Notes: generated by a model not told the origin, from the sequence alone. Positions 20,002 to 29,690 are shown, counted from the stretch's first letter. The stretch is DNA of 64,000 bases from Alphaproteobacteria bacterium (GCA_017444525.1 JAFSWL010000004.1:40851-104850); one strand, 5' to 3'. Numbers and translations: made by a program.

Positions 20002-20149
20002 TTAATTGCTCCTGTTCATGCGGATAACTGTGCGGAAAACCGCTGCCCTTAACCGGATACGGCTGTGAATAACGTCCGCATGCAGTAAGATTGGCAGCTA
20101 TAAATGCCGCCAGTAAAATCAGCATAATAAATTTATATGGATTTTGCAT
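19991..20149 (-). CDS. Small lipoprotein (52 aa), translationally coupled to the vWA gene; not in the ORF track
   Basis: MQNPYKFIMLILLAAFIAANLTAC has a lipobox. Its stop TAA at 19993-19991 lies downstream of the vWA ATG at 20001, with overlapping reading frames in AATGGCAGATAA. Confidence 0.5.
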   Translation of the reverse strand: MQNPYKFIMLILLAAFIAANLTACGRYSQPYPVKGSGFPHSYPHEQEQLNGR

Positions 20150-20245
20150 TTATTAACCTTTTTTTTGAATGTTTTGATTATATTTAACATATTATCGGAT
20201 AAAAGTTAAAGACATTTTATTTTTTTCGTAGAAAGTTGTTAATTA

Positions 20246-20812
20246 ATGTATAAGATTTTGAGAATATTGCCTGTTTTGTTTTTATTTTTCGGAAGCATCG
20301 CTGTTGCTGATGCCAAAATTAATTTGTTTCCGCAGCCGCGATACATGCCGTCTTTGAGTTTTTATGACGATAACGGCAATGCATATAAGCTGAAGGAATT
20401 TCATTCGGATTTACTGATGGCAGTGGTGTGGTCCAGAAGTTGCGGACCGTGTCTGAAAGATTTATTGCATTTGGGGCGTTTTGTGCAACAGACCAGAGAT
20501 AAGGGAATAGAAGTAATTTTAATTTCTCCGGAAAAAGAATGGAAAAATGTTGCGGAAAAAAGAGCTTTTTTGAAACGTCTTGGTGCGAATAATATGGTCA
20601 GTTTTAATGACAGAAAAGCCAATTTCCGCGACGGTATGGGAATTTCGGTTACACCTACGGCAATTTTAGTGAATAAAAACGGCGAAGAAATTGGGCAGAT
20701 CACTGGTTCAATTCAGTGGGAAGATCCTGATGTTATTGATTATATGCTGAAGCTGAAAAAAGATGTTTCAGAAAAACTTAATCAGGGCAAAGCCGCCGAT
20801 CAGCAAAACTAA
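20246..20812 (+). CDS. TlpA-like periplasmic thiol:disulfide oxidoreductase (redoxin)
   Basis: Signal peptide and thioredoxin-fold active site WSRSCGPC. Confidence 0.8.
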   Translation: MYKILRILPVLFLFFGSIAVADAKINLFPQPRYMPSLSFYDDNGNAYKLKEFHSDLLMAVVWSRSCGPCLKDLLHLGRFVQQTRDKGIEVILISPEKEWKNVAEKRAFLKRLGANNMVSFNDRKANFRDGMGISVTPTAILVNKNGEEIGQITGSIQWEDPDVIDYMLKLKKDVSEKLNQGKAADQQN

Positions 20813-21361
20813 AAACAGTACCGACAGCCAGCCGAGATTATTTTCAATAAATAATCTCATTTTTTCTCCGTAAGCTTTTAACAGCCAGGCAATCACAAAA
20901 AATCTCAGACCGCGGGCAATGATTGAGGCAATGGTAAATACCGCAAGATTAAGGTGCACTACTCCGCTGGCAATTGTTATGATTTTATAAGGAAATGGAG
21001 TGATGCCGGCACCGAAAACAATCCAAGCTCCGTACTCTGTATAAAGATCCTTAAATTTATTGAATTTTTCCAAATATCCGTAAAAATCCAGAAGCGGTTC
21101 GGCAATCAGCTGAAAAAAATAAAAACCGATAATATATCCGAGATAAGCACCGATAACACTGGATATAGTACAGACACCGGCAATTTTCCATGCTTGCTTC
21201 GGAGCAGCCAGAATCATCGGTATGAGCATAATATCCGGAGGAATCGGAAAAAACGAGCTTTCTATGAAAGAAACAGCAGCCAACCAAAAAAGTGCGTGTT
21301 GGGCTGTTGAAAGGTGTATAACTTCGTCATAAATACGGCGAATGAATCGGCTGAAAAACAT
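20768..21361 (-). CDS. YqaA/DedA-related (VTT domain) membrane protein
   Basis: FIESSFFPIPPDIML motif and a multi-TM protein of about 197 aa. Confidence 0.8.
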   Translation of the reverse strand: MFFSRFIRRIYDEVIHLSTAQHALFWLAAVSFIESSFFPIPPDIMLIPMILAAPKQAWKIAGVCTISSVIGAYLGYIIGFYFFQLIAEPLLDFYGYLEKFNKFKDLYTEYGAWIVFGAGITPFPYKIITIASGVVHLNLAVFTIASIIARGLRFFVIAWLLKAYGEKMRLFIENNLGWLSVLFLVLLIGGFALIKFF

Positions 21362-21395
21362 TGTTTCCCTTCAGTGTTGCAATTCTTTTGCAATA

Positions 21396-22028
21396 CTAAG
21401 GCAAAAATTTTTGAATTTCATCTGTATCCTGTTGTCTGTCCACATAAAAAATATGCGAATGAGATAAATTATGGCGTGCGGCAATAAATTCCGGTGTATA
21501 TTCAATCCATACAGCGTGCGGTTGATTTTTTTGCAAATATAATGAGGCAGCATCAATATTGTGCACTTCAAAATAAGAGATATTACGAGCCGCCAGCCAC
21601 TCGTGCAGTTTATCAGATTGTGATGAAAACTTGTCCAACAACATTAATTGCGGAGTTTTGTTACCAAAACTGTAACTTTCAATTATCTCCGTAAGTTTGT
21701 GAAAATCAAGCGGCATGCTCAAATAATGTGCAATTCTCGGACTGTATTCAAACGATTCATTGTGCGACTTCATGACAATAACCGGATATTTATCGGAAGT
21801 AATTTCCTGTTCCAGGCTTTTGAACGAATTTATTGTGCTGCGGTTGCTGTTGCATAAATTAAGTATCATGGCGTCAGGTGGTAATTCGCGGGCATAGCGC
21901 AAGAATTGATAAATATTATCGGAGGTAAATGTTTGCACCGATTGATGGGTAAATATATCATTGAATGCCGATTGCATGCCGCGTTGTGCGTCAAAATAAA
22001 AAATATTACTAATATTCGTTTGCAACAT
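21396..22028 (-). CDS. Hypothetical protein, possibly a degenerate receiver-like fold
   Basis: Long ORF with good coding appearance and weak receiver-like segments (PDAMILNL; PVIVMKS). No confident family. Confidence 0.45.
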   Translation of the reverse strand: MLQTNISNIFYFDAQRGMQSAFNDIFTHQSVQTFTSDNIYQFLRYARELPPDAMILNLCNSNRSTINSFKSLEQEITSDKYPVIVMKSHNESFEYSPRIAHYLSMPLDFHKLTEIIESYSFGNKTPQLMLLDKFSSQSDKLHEWLAARNISYFEVHNIDAASLYLQKNQPHAVWIEYTPEFIAARHNLSHSHIFYVDRQQDTDEIQKFLP

Positions 22029-22083
22029 AATATCTTCCTTTTATTGTGAGTGATGAGGAAAATATAATTGCGAATCGATAAAA

Positions 22084-22929
22084 TTAAAGGTTGTGCTGTA
22101 AAAAATAGGCATCAACGGTGTTTTGCAACAACATGGCAATAGTCATGGGACCGACACCGCCCGGAACCGGAGTGATGGCCGCAGCAGATGCAGCAACACT
22201 TTCAAAATCTATATCGCCGCATATTTTGCCTTTTTCGCGGTTGATGCCGACATCAATTAGAATCGAATCGGTTTTTATCCAATCATTTTTTACTAATCCG
22301 GCGACTCCGCAGGCTGCTACCAAAATGTCGGCCTTACGCGTAAGTTCTTTAATATCGCGGGTGTGAATATGGGTAATAGTCACCGTACATTCTTGATTGA
22401 GCAGCAATGTTGCTAGTGGACGCCCCACAATTAGTGAAGCACCGATTATAACTACATTTTTTCCGCATAAATCGGAACATACAGATTCAATCAAAGTCAT
22501 TATTCCGAGTGGAGTTGCGGCAATAAAATACGGCTTCTCGTTGTTTTGCAGCATTCCCGTATTGTAGGGATTAAAACCGTCGACATCTTTAAGGGGAGAT
22601 ATGGCATTAATGACGCGGTTGGTGTTGATATGCTCTGGTAGCGGCAACTGGACAATGATGCCATTGACGGAAGAATCATCATTGCATTGCCGAATAAGTT
22701 GCAGTAAGTCAGTCTCCTTAGTATTTTCTTCAAGATGATAAAGTTGAGTTTTCATTCCGATTTGGGCTGCTGCTTTTTGTTTGTTGCGAACGTAGATTAA
22801 ACTGGAATCGTCGTTTCCTACCAAGATTATGGCCAATTTTGGTTTTGTCGATAAAAGAAGAATTTTTTGTTGCAAGTCGGTGCGAATCTGTGTGGCAATT
22901 GCGCGTCCATCGATAATTTTAGCGGTCAT
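22084..22929 (-). CDS. folD: Bifunctional methylenetetrahydrofolate dehydrogenase/cyclohydrolase FolD
   Basis: KIIDGRAIA start, LAIILVGNDDSSLIYVRNK, VQLPLP, GRPLA, TPVPGGVGPMTIAMLL. Confidence 0.95.
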   Translation of the reverse strand: MTAKIIDGRAIATQIRTDLQQKILLLSTKPKLAIILVGNDDSSLIYVRNKQKAAAQIGMKTQLYHLEENTKETDLLQLIRQCNDDSSVNGIIVQLPLPEHINTNRVINAISPLKDVDGFNPYNTGMLQNNEKPYFIAATPLGIMTLIESVCSDLCGKNVVIIGASLIVGRPLATLLLNQECTVTITHIHTRDIKELTRKADILVAACGVAGLVKNDWIKTDSILIDVGINREKGKICGDIDFESVAASAAAITPVPGGVGPMTIAMLLQNTVDAYFLQHNL

Positions 22930-23248
22930 CTTTTTTTCCTTTAATCAAGCTATTTAATTTTTCTGTCAGTTGCGGTGTCAGTGTTTGAGCTACAAAAAAC
23001 CTCTTAAAGTGAGTTGTCGCGCCGCTTATCAGTTCAATGTTTTGTTTCGGTATATCTAATTCTTTAGACAGCATGCGTATAATTTCTTTATTTGCTTTCC
23101 CTTTTTCGGGCTGAGTGGTTACACTTGCTTTCAAATAAGTTGAATCGTCAGTGTATAGAAACAATCCACCGAACCCGCATGTCGCAGCATTCGGTGTCAG
23201 TTTTATGCGGATATAAAATCCGTTTTTTGCCGCTTCAAAAAAAGACAT
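22919..23248 (-). CDS. yggU: DUF167/YggU-family protein
   Basis: YIRIKLTPNA...GKANKEIIRMLSKEL pattern, adjacent to yggT. The ATG at 23248 is chosen to avoid overlapping yggT (the track start is 23266). Confidence 0.7.
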   Translation of the reverse strand: MSFFEAAKNGFYIRIKLTPNAATCGFGGLFLYTDDSTYLKASVTTQPEKGKANKEIIRMLSKELDIPKQNIELISGATTHFKRFFVAQTLTPQLTEKLNSLIKGKKDDR

Positions 23249-23249
23249 T

Positions 23250-23567
23250 TTACATATATCGGTCAATCCATTTGGTTAAGTTGGATATAAATTGATATAT
23301 AAAAATAATTATCAGAAGCAAAACATAAGGTGCAACATCGTATCCGGAAACAGGCGGTACCTTTTTGCGAATCGCTTTATATACAGGTTCGGTCAGGTTT
23401 TTGAGTATTTCCATAAATTTCTCGGCATATTTGTTATGTACCGAAAGCAATTTATAATGCAGCATCCAATAAAGTATGATATCTACGGCCACAACTTTGA
23501 AATACAAATCGATTACAATACTCAGAATATTCAACAGTGGCAGTACAAATAATCCGACTATTCCCAT
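23250..23567 (-). CDS. yggT: YggT-family membrane protein
   Basis: About 105 aa with hydrophobic helices, in the conserved yggT-yggU pairing. Confidence 0.7.
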   Translation of the reverse strand: MGIVGLFVLPLLNILSIVIDLYFKVVAVDIILYWMLHYKLLSVHNKYAEKFMEILKNLTEPVYKAIRKKVPPVSGYDVAPYVLLLIIIFIYQFISNLTKWIDRYM

Positions 23568-23582
23568 TTTTTTACTCCTTAA

Positions 23583-24479
23583 TTAATGTTTTTCATCGTC
23601 AGAAGATGATTCTTCTGCTTTTTCTAACACAAGAAATCTGTTCTTGTCAAATCTTCTTTTGTTATAGGTACCGCGCAATTTGGCAATGCGTTCGCCAATG
23701 TCTTCAGTCAAAACGTTTGCCGTAGGTTTGCTGTTTTCGGTAGAAACTTCGGTAGAAGTCGTAAGCTCTGCCGGTATATTTACTTCAAAACGCAATTCTA
23801 ACAGCATAATTCTTTTAAGCCAATTTTCAGCATTGAAAGATTCGGTTAAATCGTTGTCATCCTCGTGGTCGATATCAAGACTTGAACGTTCTTTGGGACT
23901 AAAATTATAATTATACCCTAAACTTTGCAACGATTTCAGCATCTTATAAATCGGTTTGGCGCGCTCGTATTCATCGCGATCAATTTCCACATCAGGTGTG
24001 TCCCGCGTATAGTTCCGGATTAGATCGCGGATTTCACGTAAACGGGTAATGTTTAGACGCAGCTCTTCCAAGCGTTCGGTCGCATCGGGAGAAGCTACGC
24101 GCAGCAAGCAGAACGCAGTAAAAAGCGTAAATTCGTAGCGTTCAACCATTTCCAAAAATTCGGTACGCTCCTGATAATCTTCACGAGAAACATATCCATC
24201 ATTCATGTGTTTTATAATATTGGCGGCATTCTCCAGAATATCAAAGTGGGTTTGTTCGGGAGATTCGTAAACACAACTCAGCGCTAATTCTTTTGCCAAC
24301 ATTTTCATTATCTGTGTTTTGGTATAAGTTTTGTTGCTGAACTCAACCTCATAGTCGTTCGGAGCCAACATAACTTCACGAACAACTGTGCAGGCATTTT
24401 GCCGGCTGATACTCGGAAAGCAATTTTCTGCGGCATCGTACAGAGCATCAAAATGTGTACAATTTTCGTAACGCCCCAT
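23583..24479 (-). CDS. Hypothetical acidic protein, in an operon with the TerB-like gene
   Basis: 298-aa ORF located 3 nt downstream of the TerB-like gene. No recognisable motif. Confidence 0.6.
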   Translation of the reverse strand: MGRYENCTHFDALYDAAENCFPSISRQNACTVVREVMLAPNDYEVEFSNKTYTKTQIMKMLAKELALSCVYESPEQTHFDILENAANIIKHMNDGYVSREDYQERTEFLEMVERYEFTLFTAFCLLRVASPDATERLEELRLNITRLREIRDLIRNYTRDTPDVEIDRDEYERAKPIYKMLKSLQSLGYNYNFSPKERSSLDIDHEDDNDLTESFNAENWLKRIMLLELRFEVNIPAELTTSTEVSTENSKPTANVLTEDIGERIAKLRGTYNKRRFDKNRFLVLEKAEESSSDDEKH

Positions 24480-24482
24480 GAT

Positions 24483-24920
24483 TTAACGTTCCTCAAAGAT
24501 GACTTTAGCCTGTTCCAACCAAAAAATATGGTCGATAACCCAATTGCTGATTTGTTCTATTTTTTCTATTTCAACTCCCAACGCGATACCAATTTTGCCG
24601 ATAAACAGCGTTTCTTCATCAGATAAGATATTATCAACGTGGGAAAGCATACACATTTCGCGTATAAGTTCCATTGCCAGATGGCGGTTTTTGATGATTT
24701 TCACATCCTGGAGCAATTTTTTTTCATCCTTAAAATCGGCAATGATTTCCAAATTATCAATACCTTGAGTTTGTGCTGCTTCTTTAATGAAAGTTACTTC
24801 ATCTTTAGCGGTAAAGCCGTCTGCGTTCGCCAAATGCAACAAGACTCTGAAAAACACAATTTTTTCCTCAAGAGTGGCAGAATTCAGATAAGACGGTAAG
24901 ATATTATTTATACTGGACAT
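24483..24920 (-). CDS. TerB-family (tellurite-resistance TerB-like) domain protein
   Basis: Two TerB-like half repeats: LLHLANADGFTAKDEVTFIKEAA and MLSHVDNILSDEETLFIGKIGIALGV. Confidence 0.65.
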   Translation of the reverse strand: MSSINNILPSYLNSATLEEKIVFFRVLLHLANADGFTAKDEVTFIKEAAQTQGIDNLEIIADFKDEKKLLQDVKIIKNRHLAMELIREMCMLSHVDNILSDEETLFIGKIGIALGVEIEKIEQISNWVIDHIFWLEQAKVIFEER

Positions 24921-25105
24921 ACGGATACTTTCTCCTTACAGATATTAACATAAAGTGCATTGTACGATAAAACAATTTAAAAAAATATAAATTTTCTCAT
25001 TGTATATTATTTTGCGTAATTATCGGTGCAATCCGCAAAAAAGATTTGAAATTTTGCGGATAATGTCTTAAAAATTGATATAATGAAAACATAAGGAAAT
25101 ATAAA

Positions 25106-26440
25106 GTGTCTGAAAAATATTTTATCAAAACTTTCGGTTGTCAGATGAATGTGTATGATTCATCGCGTATAGCCGACATGCTTAAAAATGAAGGGTATGA
25201 GGAAACAAACAAACAAGCCGAGGCAGATATTGTTTTATTTAATACCTGCCATATCAGAGAAAAAGCGGCGGAAAAACTGTTTTCCGATTTGGGACGGGCG
25301 CATCTGATTCAGCTTGAGCGAGAAGAAATCGGTAAGCATACCGTTATCGGGGTTGTCGGTTGTGTGGTGCAAGCTGAAGATGTGCAGATTATCAAACGCG
25401 CACCGTATGTCGATTTTGCGTTGGGACCGCTGATGTATCATAAGATTCCGGAAGTGCTGCGCAAAATTAAGGCGGATAAAAAACACAAAAGCGTAGTTAA
25501 TACGGACTTTCCGGCCGAAAGTAAGTTTGATTTCCTGCCGGAAAACAAAGCTCAAGGAGCTTGTTCGTATTTGGCAATTCAGGAAGGATGCAATAATTTT
25601 TGCACTTATTGTGTGGTTCCGTATACACGCGGAGTGGAGTATTCACGGCCGGTGGCGGAAGTGATTAATGAAGCCAAACGGCTTTTGGCAACCGGCACAT
25701 TGGAAATAAATCTTTTGGGACAGAATGTAAATTCTTATCACGGTGAAGATGAAAACGGTAAGGAACGGGATTTGGCTTATTTACTGCATCGGGTTGCCGA
25801 ACTCGAGGGGATAAAGCGCATTCGCTATACAACATCTTATCCGGCGGATATGAATGATGATTTGATTGCATGCCATAGAGATATTGAGTTTTTAATGCCT
25901 TATTTGCATTTGCCGATTCAATCTGGTTCAGACCGGATTTTGAAGGCGATGAACAGACGGCATACTTCGGGCGATTATCTACGAATCGTGGAAAAACTCA
26001 AAAAAGCCAATCCGAATATTGGGATGTCGTCGGACTTTATTGTCGGATTTCCGGGGGAGAGCGATGATGATTTTCAGAAAACGCTCGATGTGGTAGACGA
26101 GGTGAAGTATATTCAGGCGTTTTCGTTCAAATACAGCCGCAGAGCGGGAACTCCGGCGGCGGTTATGGAGAATCAGGTTGAAGAAAAAGTCAAAAAAGAA
26201 CGTTTGGAAATTTTGCAGAATCTTTTGTTTGATTACCAAACTAAATTTAATCAAAGCTGTGTCGGTAAGGTTATGCCGGTGCTCTTGGAACAAAAAGGAC
26301 GGCACAAAGGACAGCTTATCGGGCGCACTCCGTATATGCAGAACTTGCATATTGAAACAAACGGTGATAATATTAATAAAATAATTGACGTAAAAATTGT
26401 GGAAGCGACCACCAATTCGCTGACCGGAAAGGAGATTTAA
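25106..26440 (+). CDS. miaB: tRNA-i6A37 methylthiotransferase MiaB
   Basis: N-terminal FGCQMNVYDS, radical-SAM CNNFCTYCVVPYTRG, and a TRAM C-terminus. GTG start. Confidence 0.95.
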   Translation: MSEKYFIKTFGCQMNVYDSSRIADMLKNEGYEETNKQAEADIVLFNTCHIREKAAEKLFSDLGRAHLIQLEREEIGKHTVIGVVGCVVQAEDVQIIKRAPYVDFALGPLMYHKIPEVLRKIKADKKHKSVVNTDFPAESKFDFLPENKAQGACSYLAIQEGCNNFCTYCVVPYTRGVEYSRPVAEVINEAKRLLATGTLEINLLGQNVNSYHGEDENGKERDLAYLLHRVAELEGIKRIRYTTSYPADMNDDLIACHRDIEFLMPYLHLPIQSGSDRILKAMNRRHTSGDYLRIVEKLKKANPNIGMSSDFIVGFPGESDDDFQKTLDVVDEVKYIQAFSFKYSRRAGTPAAVMENQVEEKVKKERLEILQNLLFDYQTKFNQSCVGKVMPVLLEQKGRHKGQLIGRTPYMQNLHIETNGDNINKIIDVKIVEATTNSLTGKEI

Positions 26441-26441
26441 G

Positions 26442-27422
26442 ATGGCGGAAATTTGTTTTGAATTGTTTAACAATCAACTGGTGCAACAGCTTGTCGGCGA
26501 GGCAGACAGCAATCTGCGGCTGATTGAGAAAATGCTCAATGTAGAGATTTTAAGCTTTGGCAATCAGATCACGGTTAAAGGCAATACTAGCGATGTGGAA
26601 AATGCCAAAACCGCAATTGAAATTCTTTATAACAAAGTCAGCCGCGGGGTTGATGTGGGTGAGCAAGAAGTAAAAGCAGCTGTAAGAATGAGCGGTGATG
26701 TGCACACTGAAGATGATAAGCAAAATCTGACCGATATTGTGCTCAAAACCAAAAAACGCTATATTTATCCGCGTTCGGCCAACCAAGCTAAATATATTCA
26801 GGAAATGATGAAAAATGAATTGGTGTTCGGCTTGGGACCGGCCGGTACCGGTAAAACTTATTTGGCGGTTGCTCTGGCGGTTTCAATGATGTTGGAAGGC
26901 ACAATTGATAAAATTATTTTGTCGCGTCCGGCGGTGGAAGCAGGTGAAAATTTGGGTTTTTTGCCAGGTGATTTGAAAGAAAAAGTTGATCCTTATTTAC
27001 GTCCGCTGTATGATGCGCTGTATGAAATGCTACCGGCTGAGCAGGTTGATAAAAAGTTGGCTTTGGGCGAAATTGAAATTGCACCTCTTGCTTTTATGCG
27101 CGGCAGAACTCTCGCCAATTCGTTTATTATTTTAGATGAGGCGCAGAATACAACTCCAATGCAAATGAAAATGTTTTTAACTCGTTTAGGCGAAAATTCC
27201 CGCATGGTGGTTAATGGCGATTTAAGTCAAGTGGATTTGCCGAGCGGCGTGATTTCCGGCTTGCGTGACGCGTTGAGCACGTTGAAACATGTTGATAACA
27301 TTTCTTCGGTGACGTTTTCGTCCGAAGATGTGGTTCGTCATGGCTTGGTGGCTAAAATAGTTAAAGCCTACGAAGAAAAAAGTAAACGCACCAGAGAAGC
27401 GGCTCAATACGAAAATGTCTGA
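26442..27422 (+). CDS. ybeZ: PhoH-like ATPase (YbeZ)
   Basis: Walker A GPAGTGKTYLAV, then LPGDLKEKVDPYLRPLYDAL, FIILDEAQN and GDLSQVDLP. Confidence 0.93.
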   Translation: MAEICFELFNNQLVQQLVGEADSNLRLIEKMLNVEILSFGNQITVKGNTSDVENAKTAIEILYNKVSRGVDVGEQEVKAAVRMSGDVHTEDDKQNLTDIVLKTKKRYIYPRSANQAKYIQEMMKNELVFGLGPAGTGKTYLAVALAVSMMLEGTIDKIILSRPAVEAGENLGFLPGDLKEKVDPYLRPLYDALYEMLPAEQVDKKLALGEIEIAPLAFMRGRTLANSFIILDEAQNTTPMQMKMFLTRLGENSRMVVNGDLSQVDLPSGVISGLRDALSTLKHVDNISSVTFSSEDVVRHGLVAKIVKAYEEKSKRTREAAQYENV

Positions 27423-27936
27423 GGTTGTTTTGGAAACGGTTGTTGACGACGAGCGGTGGTCGGCGACGATTGCAAATATTGAACAGGTGGCGGAAAATGT
27501 TAAGGAAGCTGCCTTCGGATATTTGCAAGCACACGAGAATTTGGAATTTTTAAATGGCAAAAAACCACTTAAAATCAGCGTTTGTCTTAGCGATGACGCA
27601 ACGGTACATCAGCTTAACAAAGAATTTCGCGGTATGGATAAGCCAACTAATGTTCTATCATTTGCTAATTTGGATTTTTCCGGATTTGCGGCAGATAACG
27701 AGCCGTATGATGAAATTGAACTAGGCGATATTATTGCAGCATACGAAACCATGATACGAGAAGCAGAAGAGCAGGGTGTAAGTCTGTATGCTCATTTTTG
27801 CCATTTGTTGACGCACGGTTTTCTGCATCTCTCCGGCTATGACCACCAAACACCGGTAGAGGCAACGTATATGGAAAATTTGGAAAGAGAAATCTTGCAA
27901 TCAATGGGAATTGCAAATCCGTATGAGGGGGAGTAA
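27415..27936 (+). CDS. ybeY: rRNA maturation endoribonuclease YbeY
   Basis: Zinc motif HLLTHGFLHLSGYDH and the PTNVLSF motif. Confidence 0.92.
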   Translation: MSEVVLETVVDDERWSATIANIEQVAENVKEAAFGYLQAHENLEFLNGKKPLKISVCLSDDATVHQLNKEFRGMDKPTNVLSFANLDFSGFAADNEPYDEIELGDIIAAYETMIREAEEQGVSLYAHFCHLLTHGFLHLSGYDHQTPVEATYMENLEREILQSMGIANPYEGE

Positions 27937-29654
27937 TGGTACGGAAAGCAGCAGTCACAACTATAGAGAAAAACAAAGCTGAAAAGAAAATGTCTGTCTC
28001 TGAAACTCGTAAGTCGAAAGCAAAAAATAAGGCAATAAAAAAAACAGTCAATAAAAATCTGACTGAGACAGAAGAAAAAACAGAAAATCTCGATTTATCA
28101 CAGGAAGAAAAAGCCGTAAGAATTGTGCTTAAATATCCGAAAACGGCAGCTTTTGTTCTCGGTGCATTGCTGACAGCTGCGTTGCCGCCGTATTATCAAT
28201 TTTGGACAATGTTTTTAGCTTTTTCCGGATTGATGTTTCTGATTTGCGGAACGAACAGATTACGTAAATTATGTGAGCTTGGCTATTGGTTTGGTTTTGG
28301 CTATTTTGCAGTCGGATTTTATTGGATAGGTAATGCTTTGCTGATAGATGTGATGCAGACGGGGTGGCTATATCCGATAGTTTTGCTTCTGAACGGTGCG
28401 TTTTTTGGATTGTTTACAATTTTGCCCGCTGCCGTTACTAAGTACGGACGTAATATTGTGTCTAAGATGTTATTGTTTGCGGCTGTTTGGTGTTTATCGA
28501 CCGAGTGGTTGCGCAGTTTTTTGCTGACCGGTTTTCCATGGAATCCGATAAGTTCCGTACTTGGTTTTAGCGTGCCGATGATGCAGATATTATCGGTTTT
28601 GGGTACGTACGGGACTTCTTTGCTTTTAGTGTTGACGGCGGTGTGCCCGACGATTTGGCTGGTAGATCCGAGAAAATATAATACGGTGATGTTGTTTTTG
28701 CCGGTGGCAGTTTGTTTGGGATTGTGGCAATTCGGTGAATACATATTGGATATCCGACCGAGTGTTCCCGACGGAAATTCAATTATGGTAAGGTTAGTGC
28801 AACCAAGTATTCCTCAGACACTAAAGTGGAATCGAGAAGTGCTGGAAGATAATTTGCAAACATATGTCAACTTGAGCAGACAAAAGGATATCGGGTATGT
28901 TGATTTTACGATTTGGGGAGAAACCGCATACCCATTTGATTTGCGCTATGATGAAAAGCATAAGCGCAAAATTGCGGCAGCGGTACCGACATACGGTTAT
29001 TTGATTACTGGCTTTTTAAGACATGTCAATGATGGTTATGATTATACACCATATAACTCGTTTGGAGTGATTAATAAAAAAGGAGAGCTTGTCGACTGGT
29101 ATGATAAAAATCATTTGGTGCCTTTTGGTGAGTATATTCCGCTCAGAAAATATTTACCGGAATGGGTGCGGCCGATTGCCAATACAGTGGCGGAGTTTGG
29201 ACGCGGCGAGAAATACAAAACATTGCGAATTGGAAATTATCCGATGTTTGCACCGCTGATTTGTTATGAAGTGATTTTTTCCGATGAGGTTATCGGCAGA
29301 GAAGGAGAACATCCGACTTGGGCTGTGGTTTTGACTAATGACGGATGGTATGGAGTGAGCTCCGGTCCATATCAGCATTTGGTAGCAGCACAGATGCGTG
29401 CGATTGAAGAAGGGATAACAATTGTGCGCAGTGCCAACAGCGGGATAAGTGCGTTAATCAGTGCTTATGGTGAAATCAGAGCGCAAATACCGCTTGGAGA
29501 GCGCGCTGCAATAGATGCATTGGTTAAGCCGGAAGAAGCACATAGCACAGTGTTTAGCCGTTATGGTAATAGGATTCCGCTGGCAATGAGTATGATGCTG
29601 ATTTTATTGGCATTAATGCTTTCATTTGTGCCGGCATTGCAAAAAAATAAATAA
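27936..29654 (+). CDS. lnt: Apolipoprotein N-acyltransferase Lnt, with a Lys-rich N-terminal extension
   Basis: Multi-TM N-terminal half and a CN-hydrolase domain (WGETAYP...CYEVIF...NDGWY). The start overlaps the ybeY stop (TAATG). Confidence 0.9.
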   Translation: MVRKAAVTTIEKNKAEKKMSVSETRKSKAKNKAIKKTVNKNLTETEEKTENLDLSQEEKAVRIVLKYPKTAAFVLGALLTAALPPYYQFWTMFLAFSGLMFLICGTNRLRKLCELGYWFGFGYFAVGFYWIGNALLIDVMQTGWLYPIVLLLNGAFFGLFTILPAAVTKYGRNIVSKMLLFAAVWCLSTEWLRSFLLTGFPWNPISSVLGFSVPMMQILSVLGTYGTSLLLVLTAVCPTIWLVDPRKYNTVMLFLPVAVCLGLWQFGEYILDIRPSVPDGNSIMVRLVQPSIPQTLKWNREVLEDNLQTYVNLSRQKDIGYVDFTIWGETAYPFDLRYDEKHKRKIAAAVPTYGYLITGFLRHVNDGYDYTPYNSFGVINKKGELVDWYDKNHLVPFGEYIPLRKYLPEWVRPIANTVAEFGRGEKYKTLRIGNYPMFAPLICYEVIFSDEVIGREGEHPTWAVVLTNDGWYGVSSGPYQHLVAAQMRAIEEGITIVRSANSGISALISAYGEIRAQIPLGERAAIDALVKPEEAHSTVFSRYGNRIPLAMSMMLILLALMLSFVPALQKNK

Positions 29655-29690
29655 TTTCTTGAATTTTTAAACGTTTGATTTAATATAAAA

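Noticed and set aside
20768-20812. 45-nt convergent overlap between the TlpA-like and YqaA-like genes
   Set aside because: Both ORFs are well supported by motifs. Convergent 3' overlaps of this size occur in compact genomes, and there is no evidence of a frameshift or antisense regulation.
21396-22028. Possible tandem degenerate receiver (REC) domains in a 210-aa hypothetical protein
   Set aside because: Only vague pattern resemblance, and no conserved phospho-acceptor Asp or Lys could be aligned by eye. It is left as hypothetical.
27936-28150. Lys-rich, roughly 70-aa N-terminal extension of Lnt, and the absence of corC/tlyC between ybeY and lnt
   Set aside because: I considered a mis-called start, but the TAATG coupling to ybeY supports the long form. 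Basic low-complexity N-termini and loss of corC from this cluster are not unusual enough to report as findings.
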